64,000 nucleotides of DNA from Alphaproteobacteria bacterium. GTDB taxonomy: Bacteria; Pseudomonadota; Alphaproteobacteria; GCA-2731375. Under the pieces are notes generated by a model. That model ran no database searches, was not told the DNA's origin, and saw nothing but the letters and a program-made list of their open reading frames with translations. Within the stretch, counting starts at the first letter, position 1. The number at the start of each line of letters is the position of its first letter. The stretch covers positions 5,344,001 to 5,408,000 of the forward strand of contig CBDDPY010000002.1 of NCBI GenBank assembly GCA_965232515.1. Reading direction: 5' to 3'. Position numbers and translations under genes: made by a program. This document shows, piece after piece, positions 1-8,992 of this stretch.

Positions 1-315
1 GCCGGGATGATGATCAAGAACGCGATCGTGCTATTGGACGAGATCAACATCCAGATGGCGGAGGGGCTCAGCCGCTACGACGCCACGATCATGGCGGCCG
101 TCTCGCGCCTGCGGCCGGTGGCGCTCGCCGCCGCCACCACGGTGCTCGGCGTGGTGCCGCTGATCCAGGACCCCTTCTTCGTCGGTCTTGCGGTGACCAT
201 CATGGCGGGCCTCGCCTTCGGCACCGTGCTCACCATGCTGGTCGTGCCGACGCTCTACGCCACGATCTACGGCCTCGCGGCGGCGAAACTGGTCCCGGCC
301 GCCGCCCCGGCGTGA
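1..315 (+). CDS. RND efflux transporter permease (AcrB family), C-terminal fragment; gene starts before the window
   Basis: KNAIVLLD...RLRPVALAAATTVLGVVPL...AVTIMAGLAFGTVLTMLVVP matches the last TM helices of the AcrB family. Confidence 0.9.
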   Translation, partial: AGMMIKNAIVLLDEINIQMAEGLSRYDATIMAAVSRLRPVALAAATTVLGVVPLIQDPFFVGLAVTIMAGLAFGTVLTMLVVPTLYATIYGLAAAKLVPAAAPA

Positions 316-325
316 CGAGTCGAGG

Positions 326-943
326 CTAGCTCCGGGTCGCGACGACGGCGGCGGCGCCGGTCATGACGACGGCGCTGCCGCGGTTGACGGCGCGCAGCGC
401 CCTGGGCGTGGTCAGCAGGCGGCGGGCGCGGCTGGCGCCGGTCATATAGGCTGCCAGCACGCCGATATAGACCACGACCAGCAGCACGGAGAGCTGCAGG
501 AAAGTGCCCATGTCGACGCCGGTCACGTCGATGATGTTCGGCAGCAGTGCCAGGTAGAACAGCATGGTCTTGGCGTTCGCCAGCGCCATCACCAGGCCGC
601 TGCTGATATCGCCCAAACGCCAGGTCCGGCCGGCGGGCGCGTGACCGTCGCCCGCTGCGACCGGCGCGGTCCAAAGCTTGTAGGCGAGATAGACCAAATA
701 AGCCGCGCCGGCCCATTTCAGCGCGACCATGATGTCGTGCATCCAGGTCGCCACCGCTGCGATGCCGAACACGGCGCAGGCTAGCCAGACCACGTCGCCA
801 ATCACCAGCCCGACGGCGAAGGCCAGGTTGCGGGCGCGGCCTTGCGCCAGCACGCGCGCCACCAGCGCCACCATCGACGGTCCCGGCGTTGCGATCGCCA
901 CCGCCAACGCCGCCGCAAAGACCAGAACCGACCAGACTTCCAT
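326..943 (-). CDS. LysE/RhtB family amino acid exporter
   Basis: TPGPS motif, LKWAGAAYLVYLA, ANAKTMLFY; start taken at MEVWS (ORF extends to 1000). Confidence 0.9.
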   Translation of the reverse strand: MEVWSVLVFAAALAVAIATPGPSMVALVARVLAQGRARNLAFAVGLVIGDVVWLACAVFGIAAVATWMHDIMVALKWAGAAYLVYLAYKLWTAPVAAGDGHAPAGRTWRLGDISSGLVMALANAKTMLFYLALLPNIIDVTGVDMGTFLQLSVLLVVVYIGVLAAYMTGASRARRLLTTPRALRAVNRGSAVVMTGAAAVVATRS

Positions 944-1014
944 CACGCCTTTCCCCTCACGTCCGGTCGGAGCTTCGCCCGAGTGCGCCTCGTTGTCCAT
1001 GTCTGTGTCGGTTT

Positions 1015-1101
1015 CTGGATTGCCGGGTCAAGCCCGGCAAAGACGAAATTGGCTATGACTTAAACCAAATTCGTCATGCCCGGACTTGATCCGGGCATCC
1101 A
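1015..1101. repeat. Pair of REP-like palindromes (family A, GTCAT...ATCCA)
   Basis: ctggattgccgggtcaagcccggcaaagac (1015-1044) and gtcatgcccggacttgatccgggcatcca (1073-1101); same family at 4209, 33527 and 58857. Confidence 0.85.
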
Positions 1102-1109
1102 GGGATGCA

Positions 1110-1895
1110 TCAGTGGTCTGCGAGCAATCGGCCCAGGCCGTCGATACGGTCGTCGAGCCCCAGCGTGCGGAGCGCGTGCCAGAGCGTCGCTTGGTTCGAG
1201 GTGACCACGGGCAGGCCGAAGCGGGCTTCCAGATCGGCGATCTGCGGCAGCACGGGCAGGTCGGTGCAGCTGATGAACAGGCCGTCGCAGGCATCCGCCG
1301 CGACAACGCGCGCCGCCAGATCCTTGATCACGTCGGCCGGCACGCGGCAGAGATAGCGGTATTCGTCCGGCGTTTCGCCGATGCCCAGACCCTCGACCGC
1401 CGTCACCGTGAAGCCGTGGCCCTCGAAATAATGCCGTTCGTGATCGTTCAACGCCTGGACGTAAGGCGTCGCCACGGCGAGCCGCTGGATGCCCAGCGCC
1501 CGCAGCGCCGCCAGGATCGCGCCCGTCGTGGTGATCGCCGGCTTAGCGGCGCGGTCCGCCATGTGCCGGCACAGAGCCGTTTCGTCGATCAGCATCGAGC
1601 CGGCCGTGCAGGCATAGATCAACAGGCTCGGATCGGCCGGCGTCAGCATGTCGACGGCGCGGTCGATGTCGGCATGGACCGCGTCCTCGAATCCCGGTGC
1701 CGCGGCGTCGAGATGCAAGGGCGTGCGCATGGTGTGCACGGTCACGCCGGCCGGCGCGAGCCGCGCGAACTCGGCCTCGTTCGTGGTGTTGCTGGGCGGT
1801 ACGATCAGGCCCAGACGCGCCCGCGCGCCATAGATTCGGAACCAGTCGGCCCAGGCCAATATCCGCGGGTTGGCCTCGGCCGTCGTGTCGACCAT
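1110..1895 (-). CDS. Maleate isomerase / Asp-Glu racemase / arylmalonate decarboxylase family protein
   Basis: LGLIVPPSNTTNE, YACTAGS, ATPY, FISCTDL, PVVTSNQA; both catalytic Cys positions present. Confidence 0.88.
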   Translation of the reverse strand: MVDTTAEANPRILAWADWFRIYGARARLGLIVPPSNTTNEAEFARLAPAGVTVHTMRTPLHLDAAAPGFEDAVHADIDRAVDMLTPADPSLLIYACTAGSMLIDETALCRHMADRAAKPAITTTGAILAALRALGIQRLAVATPYVQALNDHERHYFEGHGFTVTAVEGLGIGETPDEYRYLCRVPADVIKDLAARVVAADACDGLFISCTDLPVLPQIADLEARFGLPVVTSNQATLWHALRTLGLDDRIDGLGRLLADH

Positions 1896-1899
1896 CTTG

Positions 1900-3108
1900 T
1901 CAATCCGGCTCCACGGCCATCGATCGCTCGACCGCGTCGATCATCGCGCTCTTGCGCGCGAACGGCACCAGAAGCGCCGGATCGCCGGCGATCTGCTGCA
2001 TCCGCTCCATATGCGCGCGGCGCTTGGCCGGGTCCGTCTCCTCGATTGCCTGCTTGTTGCTGTGCGTATGCTCCTGCACGTATTCGGTGGCGATGGCCTG
2101 GCGCTGGATGCTGTAGTGGTCCAGCATCCGGTCGGCGTCGGCGCCGTGCCGCAGGATGCGCTCCAGCTTTTGCGCCAGGTTCACCGCGTCGTGGATGCCG
2201 CCGTTCATGCCCATGCCGCCCAGCGGGTTGTTGATATGCGCGGAATCGCCGGCCAGCGCCACACGGCCAACGCGATAGGTCGCGGCGACGCGCTGATGCA
2301 CGCGGTAGAGCGTGCGATGGGCGATTTGGTAGTCGCCGTCCCTGGCGGCGATGCCCTGCAGGCGCCGCTGCAGCGTTTCGTCCGACAGCGCGTCCGCTTC
2401 GGTCGCGTCCGCCGCCACCGGCAGCAGCACCCGCCACAGGTCCGGCACCCGCAGCAGAACGAACCATTCGTCCGGATCGGCCACGTAGTTCACGTAGGCG
2501 AGACCGTCGAAATCCCCGGCGAAGTCGTGCGGCGTGCTGGCGACCAGCCACTGGTCGGGATAGGTGAAGCCCTCGAAGCCGATGCCCAGCGACGTGCGGA
2601 CCACGCTGGAGGCGCCGTCGGCGGCGATCAGATAGTCGCCGGCATGCGTTTCCTCGCCGTCCGGCCCGCGCACCGTGACGCGCACGCCGTCGTCATCCTG
2701 TCTGATGCCGGTGACCGGTCGTGCGAATTGCACCTCGACTTCGGATCTCTCCTGCAAAGCTTCGACGGCGATGCCCGTCAGCTTGAACTGCTCGCATTGC
2801 AGCCGGAAGGGATGGTCGGTCAGGTCCGAGAGGCAGCCGAGGTCGAAGGTGGCGTAGTCGCCGCCGCGGCGGTCGCGGAACTGATAGGTCGGCGCCTTCA
2901 GGCCCATCGCCAGCAGCCGCTCGGTCAGGCCCAGCGGCGCCAGCATGTCGAGCGTCGGCGGATGGAAGGTCGAGGCCCGGAGGTCGAGCGGCAAGTCCGC
3001 CTCGGCCTCGAAAACGGTGACCCGGATACCGGCCCGGGCCAGGATCAGCGCCGCGACGCAGCCGGCCGGCCCGGCCCCGGCGATCAAGACATGGGGTTCG
3101 TTACGCAT
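1900..3108 (-). CDS. FAD-dependent monooxygenase (aromatic hydroxylase family)
   Basis: GAGPAG Rossmann motif, ADGASSVVR, GDSAHINNPLGGMGMNGG; ATG at 3108. Confidence 0.9.
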   Translation of the reverse strand: MRNEPHVLIAGAGPAGCVAALILARAGIRVTVFEAEADLPLDLRASTFHPPTLDMLAPLGLTERLLAMGLKAPTYQFRDRRGGDYATFDLGCLSDLTDHPFRLQCEQFKLTGIAVEALQERSEVEVQFARPVTGIRQDDDGVRVTVRGPDGEETHAGDYLIAADGASSVVRTSLGIGFEGFTYPDQWLVASTPHDFAGDFDGLAYVNYVADPDEWFVLLRVPDLWRVLLPVAADATEADALSDETLQRRLQGIAARDGDYQIAHRTLYRVHQRVAATYRVGRVALAGDSAHINNPLGGMGMNGGIHDAVNLAQKLERILRHGADADRMLDHYSIQRQAIATEYVQEHTHSNKQAIEETDPAKRRAHMERMQQIAGDPALLVPFARKSAMIDAVERSMAVEPD

Positions 3109-3222
3109 TACCGTGTTCCACCACTCGCAGTGGATGTCGTATACAATCGCGCGATGAGTGACAAGCGGGGCAACGGGGCCGGGCCGCAAAACCGGCCCCG
3201 AGCAAAACTGTGGAGGCAGAGT

Positions 3223-4173
3223 ATGAAGCGTAGAACCATGATCATTGCCGGCCTGCTGACGGCGGCGATGGCCGGCGAGGCCGTGGCCCAGACCGTCGGG
3301 CTCGGCTCGACCACGCGGGGCGGCACCAGTCAGATCGGCCGCTCGATCGCGGCCGTGATTTCCGAGCATTCCGGCATGCAGATGCGGCCGCAAGAACTGG
3401 CCAACACGGCCGACTACATGCCGCTGGTGAATGCCGGCGAGCTCGAGTTCGGCATTTCCAACGTGGTTCAGCTCTACTACGCCTTCAACGGCACCGGCAT
3501 GTCGGAAGGCCGGCCGAACAAGGATCTGCGGCTCGCCGCCGTGCTGATGCCGTTCCGGGCCGGCTTCATCGTGCCGAAGGATTCAGCCATCCAGTCCGTC
3601 GCCGACCTGCGCGGCAAGAATGTGCCGATGTTCAAGAAAGGCGCGCTCGGCGACCACGTGGTCCGCGCCTACCTGGCGAACGCCGGCATGACCGTCGATG
3701 ACGTGAAGGGCGTGCCGGTGCCGAATTTCCCGCGCATGTGGGACAGCTTCAAACAGGGCTCGACCGACGTGACCGTCGTGGTGGTCGGCTCGGGCCAGAA
3801 CCGCGAGCTCGACAAGACCTTGGGCGGCGTGCGTTTCCTGTCCTTCGATCCGGCCGCCGACAAGCTCGCGGCCATGCAGGAATGGCTGCCGCAGATGTAT
3901 CTGCTGCCGGTCGAGCCCAGCCCCAAGATCCCCGGCGTCATGGCGACGACCAACGTGATGACCTACGACTACACGTTCTTCGCCCATAAGGACGTCTCGG
4001 ACGAGACGGTCTACGAAGCCGTGAAAACGCTCTACGAGCAGGAGGCCCCGCTCAAGGCCTCGGGCCCGTTCTGGACCGGCTTCACGCCCGGTCGCATGGC
4101 GAACGACGTGAACGTGCCGTTCCACGAAGGCGCCATCAAGTTCTACAAGGACGCCGGCATCTGGAAGCAGTAG
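3223..4173 (+). CDS. TAXI-family TRAP solute-binding protein
   Basis: GGAGG RBS at 3212, signal peptide, IQSVADLRGK, PFHEGAIKFYKDAG C-terminus. Confidence 0.9.
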   Translation: MKRRTMIIAGLLTAAMAGEAVAQTVGLGSTTRGGTSQIGRSIAAVISEHSGMQMRPQELANTADYMPLVNAGELEFGISNVVQLYYAFNGTGMSEGRPNKDLRLAAVLMPFRAGFIVPKDSAIQSVADLRGKNVPMFKKGALGDHVVRAYLANAGMTVDDVKGVPVPNFPRMWDSFKQGSTDVTVVVVGSGQNRELDKTLGGVRFLSFDPAADKLAAMQEWLPQMYLLPVEPSPKIPGVMATTNVMTYDYTFFAHKDVSDETVYEAVKTLYEQEAPLKASGPFWTGFTPGRMANDVNVPFHEGAIKFYKDAGIWKQ

Positions 4174-4208
4174 GGGTGCAGCGGCACCCCGCGAAACCCA
4201 GCCCTTTC

Positions 4209-4291
4209 GTCATTGCCGGGCTTGACCCGGCAATCCAGGACTGCGGCCTCCAATGGGCGCCCTGGATGCCCGGATCAAGTCCGGGCATGAC
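4209..4291. repeat. Inverted pair of REP-like palindromes (family A)
   Basis: gtcattgccgggcttgacccggcaatccag (4209-4238) and ctggatgcccggatcaagtccgggcatgac (4262-4291). Confidence 0.85.
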
Positions 4292-4334
4292 GATGTGGGC
4301 TGGATGTCCAGCGGCCATCTAGGCCACCCCGCGC

Positions 4335-6269
4335 ATGACCCTCGCCGACCGCCACCCATCCGGACCGGCGCCGTCCGGCCCGCTCGCCCGCGTGGCCGAG
4401 CCGGGCATGGCGGGGCTGCTGACGCTGCTCACGATCTTCTGGGCGTCCGGGCTGCCGCTGTGGATCGGCGTGCGGGTCTATGCCGAGCAGATCCTGATCT
4501 CGGTGCTTTGCCTGGCGATGGCGCTCTGCTTCCTTGCCCGCCCGGCCAATCGGGGCGCCGGGCGGCCCAGCGTGCCCTGGTACGACAAGGCGCTCGCCGG
4601 CATCGCCATCCTGTTCGGCATCTACCTCACCTGGCGTTTCCCGGTCCTGGCCGACGAGGTGTTCTACCGCCCGGTTGAGGCCATGATCGTCTCCGCCGTC
4701 GGCCTCGTCCTGCTGCTTGAAGCGCTGCGCCGCGGCGTCGGCTACAGCCTGATCGTCGTGCTCGGTCTGGTCTGTCTCTACGCGCTGTTCTCGGATCAGC
4801 TCGAGGGACCGCTGCAAAGCCGCGCCGTATCGCCCAAGCGCCTGCTCACGTTCATGGTGCTCGACAGCGCGGCATTGGCCGGCGCGGCGCTCTATATCGC
4901 CGTCGCCGTGGTGCTGCCCTTCGTTCTGCTGGCGAAGCTGCTGCTGGCGACCGGCGGCTCGGCGTTCTTCTCCGACGTCTCCTCGGCGCTGCTCGGCCGT
5001 TCGCGCGGCGGTTCGGCCAAGATCGCCATCGTCGCCTCCGGCCTGTTCGGCTCGATCTCCGGCAGCGCCGTCTCCAACGTCGCCTCGACCGGCGGTATCA
5101 CCATCCCGCTGATGAAGCAGGGCGGCTACCGCGCCAGGACGGCGGCGGCCATCGAGGCCGCGGCGTCGACCGGCGGCCAGTTGATGCCGCCGATCATGGG
5201 CGCGGCCGCGTTCCTGCTGGCCGAGAACCTGCAGGTGCCCTATCGCGAGGTCATCCTCGCCGCCCTGATCCCGGCCATTCTCTACTATCTCAGTCTGTTC
5301 CTGTTCGCCGATCTGGAAGCGGCGCGCTCGGGCATCGCGCCGGTCGACGCCGAGCGGATCCCGCCGCTCGGCCGCACGCTGGCCCGCGGCTGGTTCATTC
5401 TGCTGCCCTTCGCGATCCTGATCGTCAGCCTGTTCCAGTTCGGCCTGCCGCCGGAAACCGCGGCGCTGATCGCCGCCGCCTCGCTGGCCATCGTGTCGCT
5501 ATTTCGCACCTATGGCGGCGACCGCCTGCGCCCCGCCGACTATGTGCAGGTGCTGGTCGATACCGGCCGCTCGGCCATCGACATCGTCTTGATCTGTGCC
5601 GTCGCCGGCATCGTCATCGGCCTGTTCTCGCTGTCGGGTCTCAGCTTCGGCCTGTCGTTTTTCCTGGTGCTGCTGGGCAAGACCAGCCTTTGGCTGCTGC
5701 TGGCCGTGACGGCCGTGGTTTGTATCCTGCTCGGCATGGGCATGCCGACGGTCGGCGTCTATCTGCTGCTGTCGACGCTCGCCGCGCCGCCGCTGATCGA
5801 GCTCGGCCTGCTGCCGATGGCTGCGCATCTGTTCGTGCTCTATTTCGGCATGATGTCGATGATCACGCCGCCGGTCGCCATCGCCGCCTTCGTCGCCGCC
5901 AACATGGCCCAGGCCGAGCCCATGCGCACGGGCGTCGAGGCCGTGCGCGTCGCCTGGCCGGCTTACGTGGTGCCGTTCCTGTTCGCCACGGCGCCGGCCC
6001 TGATCCTGGCCGACGACTGGATCCATGTGGTGATCGCCGCCGGCACGGCCGGGCTTGGCGTCTATGCCGTCACCATGGCCATCGTCGGCTATGCCGCGGC
6101 GGCGCTCGGGCCGATGGCGCGCGCCGGGTTCGCCGTGGCCGGCATCGCCCTGCTGCTGCCGCACTCGCTGTTCGACGGCGCCGCCATCGTCACCGCCGCC
6201 GGCTTGGCCGCCGCCGCGGCGCTCTGGTTGCACGCGCGCAGCCGCGCGGCCGTGTCGCGCTCGGCCTGA
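4335..6269 (+). CDS. TRAP transporter fused 4TM/12TM permease
   Basis: GSISGSAVSNVASTG, ASTGGQLMPPIMGAAAF, GMGMPT, MITPPVA; follows the TAXI receptor. Confidence 0.93.
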   Translation: MTLADRHPSGPAPSGPLARVAEPGMAGLLTLLTIFWASGLPLWIGVRVYAEQILISVLCLAMALCFLARPANRGAGRPSVPWYDKALAGIAILFGIYLTWRFPVLADEVFYRPVEAMIVSAVGLVLLLEALRRGVGYSLIVVLGLVCLYALFSDQLEGPLQSRAVSPKRLLTFMVLDSAALAGAALYIAVAVVLPFVLLAKLLLATGGSAFFSDVSSALLGRSRGGSAKIAIVASGLFGSISGSAVSNVASTGGITIPLMKQGGYRARTAAAIEAAASTGGQLMPPIMGAAAFLLAENLQVPYREVILAALIPAILYYLSLFLFADLEAARSGIAPVDAERIPPLGRTLARGWFILLPFAILIVSLFQFGLPPETAALIAAASLAIVSLFRTYGGDRLRPADYVQVLVDTGRSAIDIVLICAVAGIVIGLFSLSGLSFGLSFFLVLLGKTSLWLLLAVTAVVCILLGMGMPTVGVYLLLSTLAAPPLIELGLLPMAAHLFVLYFGMMSMITPPVAIAAFVAANMAQAEPMRTGVEAVRVAWPAYVVPFLFATAPALILADDWIHVVIAAGTAGLGVYAVTMAIVGYAAAALGPMARAGFAVAGIALLLPHSLFDGAAIVTAAGLAAAAALWLHARSRAAVSRSA

Positions 6270-6283
6270 CAGGCGCCGGGCAT

Positions 6284-6826
6284 TCAGCTCGCGAAGCGGG
6301 CGTTCGCTTCGGCGAAGGTGCGGCGGGCCTTCTCCACGTCGAACGGCGCTTCTGTCAGCGTTTCCGGACACCATTCGCTGCGGCCGGGGGCGAAGAAGTC
6401 GCCGCCATAGACATGCAGCGCCGCCGTCATGCGCGGGATCGGGTTGGTGACGGAATGAACCACATCCCGGCCAAGCGCGGCCACGTCGCCACTGCCCAGG
6501 TTCTTGGCACCGGCGGCCTCGATCGAGTCTCCGGTGCGGCGCCAGAAAATGTTGTCCTCGCGTCCGGAATAGATGCCGATCACCGCCCACATGTTGTGAT
6601 TGTGCGGCATCAGCGTCATCAACGGCGCCCAGGCGAAATTCAGGATCGTCAGGTCGGGTCCGTTGTAGAGCGGCACGAAGCCGGCCGCCTCTGGTTCGCC
6701 GAGTGCTGAAATGACGGCGGCCGGATCGGACACCGCCCGCGTCACCACCTCGCGCATGGCGCAGTGGCTGTCATCCTCGGCGCGGGCCTCCCGACAATCC
6801 ACGATAAAGCGTTCTATATCGAACAT
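6284..6826 (-). CDS. Cysteine-dioxygenase-like cupin metalloenzyme
   Basis: PHNHNMWAVIGIYSGREDN, HSVTNP, ALHVYGG. Confidence 0.75.
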   Translation of the reverse strand: MFDIERFIVDCREARAEDDSHCAMREVVTRAVSDPAAVISALGEPEAAGFVPLYNGPDLTILNFAWAPLMTLMPHNHNMWAVIGIYSGREDNIFWRRTGDSIEAAGAKNLGSGDVAALGRDVVHSVTNPIPRMTAALHVYGGDFFAPGRSEWCPETLTEAPFDVEKARRTFAEANARFAS

Positions 6827-6906
6827 GGCTTGACTGCCTTTTCGTTGAGCAGGACACGGCAGGGACGCCCGAGTCAAGTCGGACCGGACGTCCCGCCATT
6901 CAGCGG

Positions 6907-7482
6907 TTACGAAATCTCGACGGTCAGTTCGGCCTCGATCACGACCGGCCGCGAGAGGTTGAAATAGTTCGGCGAGGTCCTGATCACCGTCTCGTGGATT
7001 TCCTGGAACTGCGCCGGCGTGCCGTCGCCCTTGATGCGCACGACATAGCGGATTTTCTCGTAACCGGGCTTGACCGCATCGTCGATGCCCAGGAAGCCGC
7101 GCAGGTCGAGCGCGCCCGTGGTTTCGATCTCCAGCTTCTCCAGCATGATGCCGCGCATGGCGGCGCCGGCGACATAGCCCACCGTGATGCAGGCATTGAG
7201 CGCCGTCATCAGCATCTCCTGCGGGTTCGGCGCGGTGTTGGCGCCCAGCAGCTCCTGCGGCTCGTCGACGATGACGTTGAAGTGGCGCGGGATCTTCTCG
7301 CCGCCGATCGTGTAGTAGTCGATCGTGCTTTCACTGCGGGTCTGGCCCTGCCAGGTCGTGTTCACCTTGAACGAGACGATGCCCTTGGACGGATCCTGCT
7401 CGATCTCGCGGATGACGTCGGTGAGTGCGTCGACGTCGATGCCGTTCACCCGGGTGCCAGCGGTATTCTCTGCGACAGACAT
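6907..7482 (-). CDS. OsmC family protein
   Basis: DEPQELLGANTAPNPQE..ALNAC, LDLRGFLG; the second Cys position is Ser (TSPN). Confidence 0.88.
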   Translation of the reverse strand: MSVAENTAGTRVNGIDVDALTDVIREIEQDPSKGIVSFKVNTTWQGQTRSESTIDYYTIGGEKIPRHFNVIVDEPQELLGANTAPNPQEMLMTALNACITVGYVAGAAMRGIMLEKLEIETTGALDLRGFLGIDDAVKPGYEKIRYVVRIKGDGTPAQFQEIHETVIRTSPNYFNLSRPVVIEAELTVEIS

Positions 7483-7524
7483 GGTCTTCTCCTCGGAGCT
7501 TGGGGTTTGGGTTCCGGTCGGCGG

Positions 7525-8436
7525 TTAGCAGAAGGTCGGCGAGATCTGCTCGATCCGCGCCCGTGCGGCCGGGCTGAGATCGCCCAGCGTCGCCAGGAAG
7601 TTCCGATGCGTCATGCCGGAGCCGAGAAAGGTCCAGCGCAGCGCCTGTCGCTGCACGTCCACGAACCGGCTGCGCTCACTGTCGGTCAGGCGCCGTCCCG
7701 TGGCCCGGGCCAGCGCGTCGAGGTCGAGCGCCACCTGCTGCGTCAGGCCGCTGTCCAGCAGGCGGCTGATTTCGACATATTCGTCGACCGCCTGATCGAT
7801 CTCGTCCGCGCCGCAGGTCTCGGCCAGCGCCGCGATTATCAACGTGTCCAGTCGGGCGTGCTGCGCCTCTTCCATCCAGTGGTGCTTGAGCAGACTGGCG
7901 AACCGCGGATCGAGGGTCTCGTTGTCCTTGACGCTCTCGACATAGTGGCCTTGCGTCATCCATTCGATGTGCAGGATCGTCAGCGCCACCGCCAGCGGAT
8001 GATGCGACAGCACCGCCCGCGCGATCTCCCGCGGCGGCCCGATGACATCGCAGTGCGCGCCGAAGCCGTCCGTGAACGCGACCCGGAACCGGCGGAACAG
8101 GTCGATATGCTTGGCTTCCTCGCTGGCGAAATGCAGGAAGGCGCGGATCCGGCTACTGTCGCCGTGCAGGTGCGGGCGGGCGTGATCCAGCACGAAGGGC
8201 AGGATGAACTCTTCGACCATGCCGAAGGTGTAGAGGTAGCCGTGACCACGGATCTGATTCAGCGTCAGCTTTTCCGCCGCCGTCAGGAAATCGAGCGGCT
8301 CGACCCGGGCCAGCGGCTCCGGCAGGAACGGCTTGCCGAAGTCGAGACGCCTGTCGCCGCCGATGATGTCCTCGACGCGCCAGTGAATGCGCTCGGATGC
8401 GGCGAGCGCGCTGTCGTAGGAATAGGGCAGATCCAT
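7525..8436 (-). CDS. Ferritin-like diiron protein (putative oxygenase)
   Basis: Two ExxH motifs (EEAKH, EEAQH) plus VEE and HIEW; helical. Confidence 0.75.
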   Translation of the reverse strand: MDLPYSYDSALAASERIHWRVEDIIGGDRRLDFGKPFLPEPLARVEPLDFLTAAEKLTLNQIRGHGYLYTFGMVEEFILPFVLDHARPHLHGDSSRIRAFLHFASEEAKHIDLFRRFRVAFTDGFGAHCDVIGPPREIARAVLSHHPLAVALTILHIEWMTQGHYVESVKDNETLDPRFASLLKHHWMEEAQHARLDTLIIAALAETCGADEIDQAVDEYVEISRLLDSGLTQQVALDLDALARATGRRLTDSERSRFVDVQRQALRWTFLGSGMTHRNFLATLGDLSPAARARIEQISPTFC

Positions 8437-8517
8437 GGTGTGTCTCCTTGCCGGCGCCCGCGCGGCGGCCGCCGGCCGTCGTTGAAACCGTTGCGTCGGG
8501 CGCGACGGAACGCGGAC

Positions 8518-8787
8518 TCAGTCGAGGCTAAGGTGACGGTGGTCGCGGCTGGTGCCGTGGGCCACGGATAGGATCTCGGCCCGGTTCAGGCCGATGTCGC
8601 GTAGCTGCCAGTCGCTCAACGCCCGCAGGGCGTCGACGGTTTGTCGCCGCTCTCGCTGCCGTTTTGCCGCCGCGAGCAGGCCTCCGACGGTATCGAGAAG
8701 GTGCTCCAGCGCGTAGAGCGCCGGCAGGTGGGTACGAAACAGAATGGCCGCCGCATGGGACGGCCCGAATGTCGGTTGGCAAGCCAT
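8518..8787 (-). CDS. DUF1127 small protein
   Basis: RRQTVDALRALSDWQLRDIGLNRAEI. Confidence 0.8.
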   Translation of the reverse strand: MACQPTFGPSHAAAILFRTHLPALYALEHLLDTVGGLLAAAKRQRERRQTVDALRALSDWQLRDIGLNRAEILSVAHGTSRDHRHLSLD

Positions 8788-8992
8788 GATTGTCGCTCCC
8801 GTATCGCATGCCGGCCGCTTGCCGGCGGCCTAGACATGGAACCGCGCTGTGGGAATTTGCGTTGGAACCAGCGTGGAATTTGCGGCGCGGAAGCGTTGGA
8901 ATCGCTGGAGAACGGCTGTTTCAACGTGAGCATCGCCTATTTATGGGGCGACGCAGCCCGTTCCTGGGTTGGGCGCGAGACGGGGCCGAGTA

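Noticed and set aside
1870-4173. 767-aa ORF as a fusion protein
   Set aside because: The first part is the antisense shadow of the monooxygenase; the real TAXI gene starts at 3223 with an RBS and signal peptide.
8437-8517. Cuckoo-type sRNA after the DUF1127 gene
   Set aside because: No CCUCCUCCC loop motifs on the coding strand.
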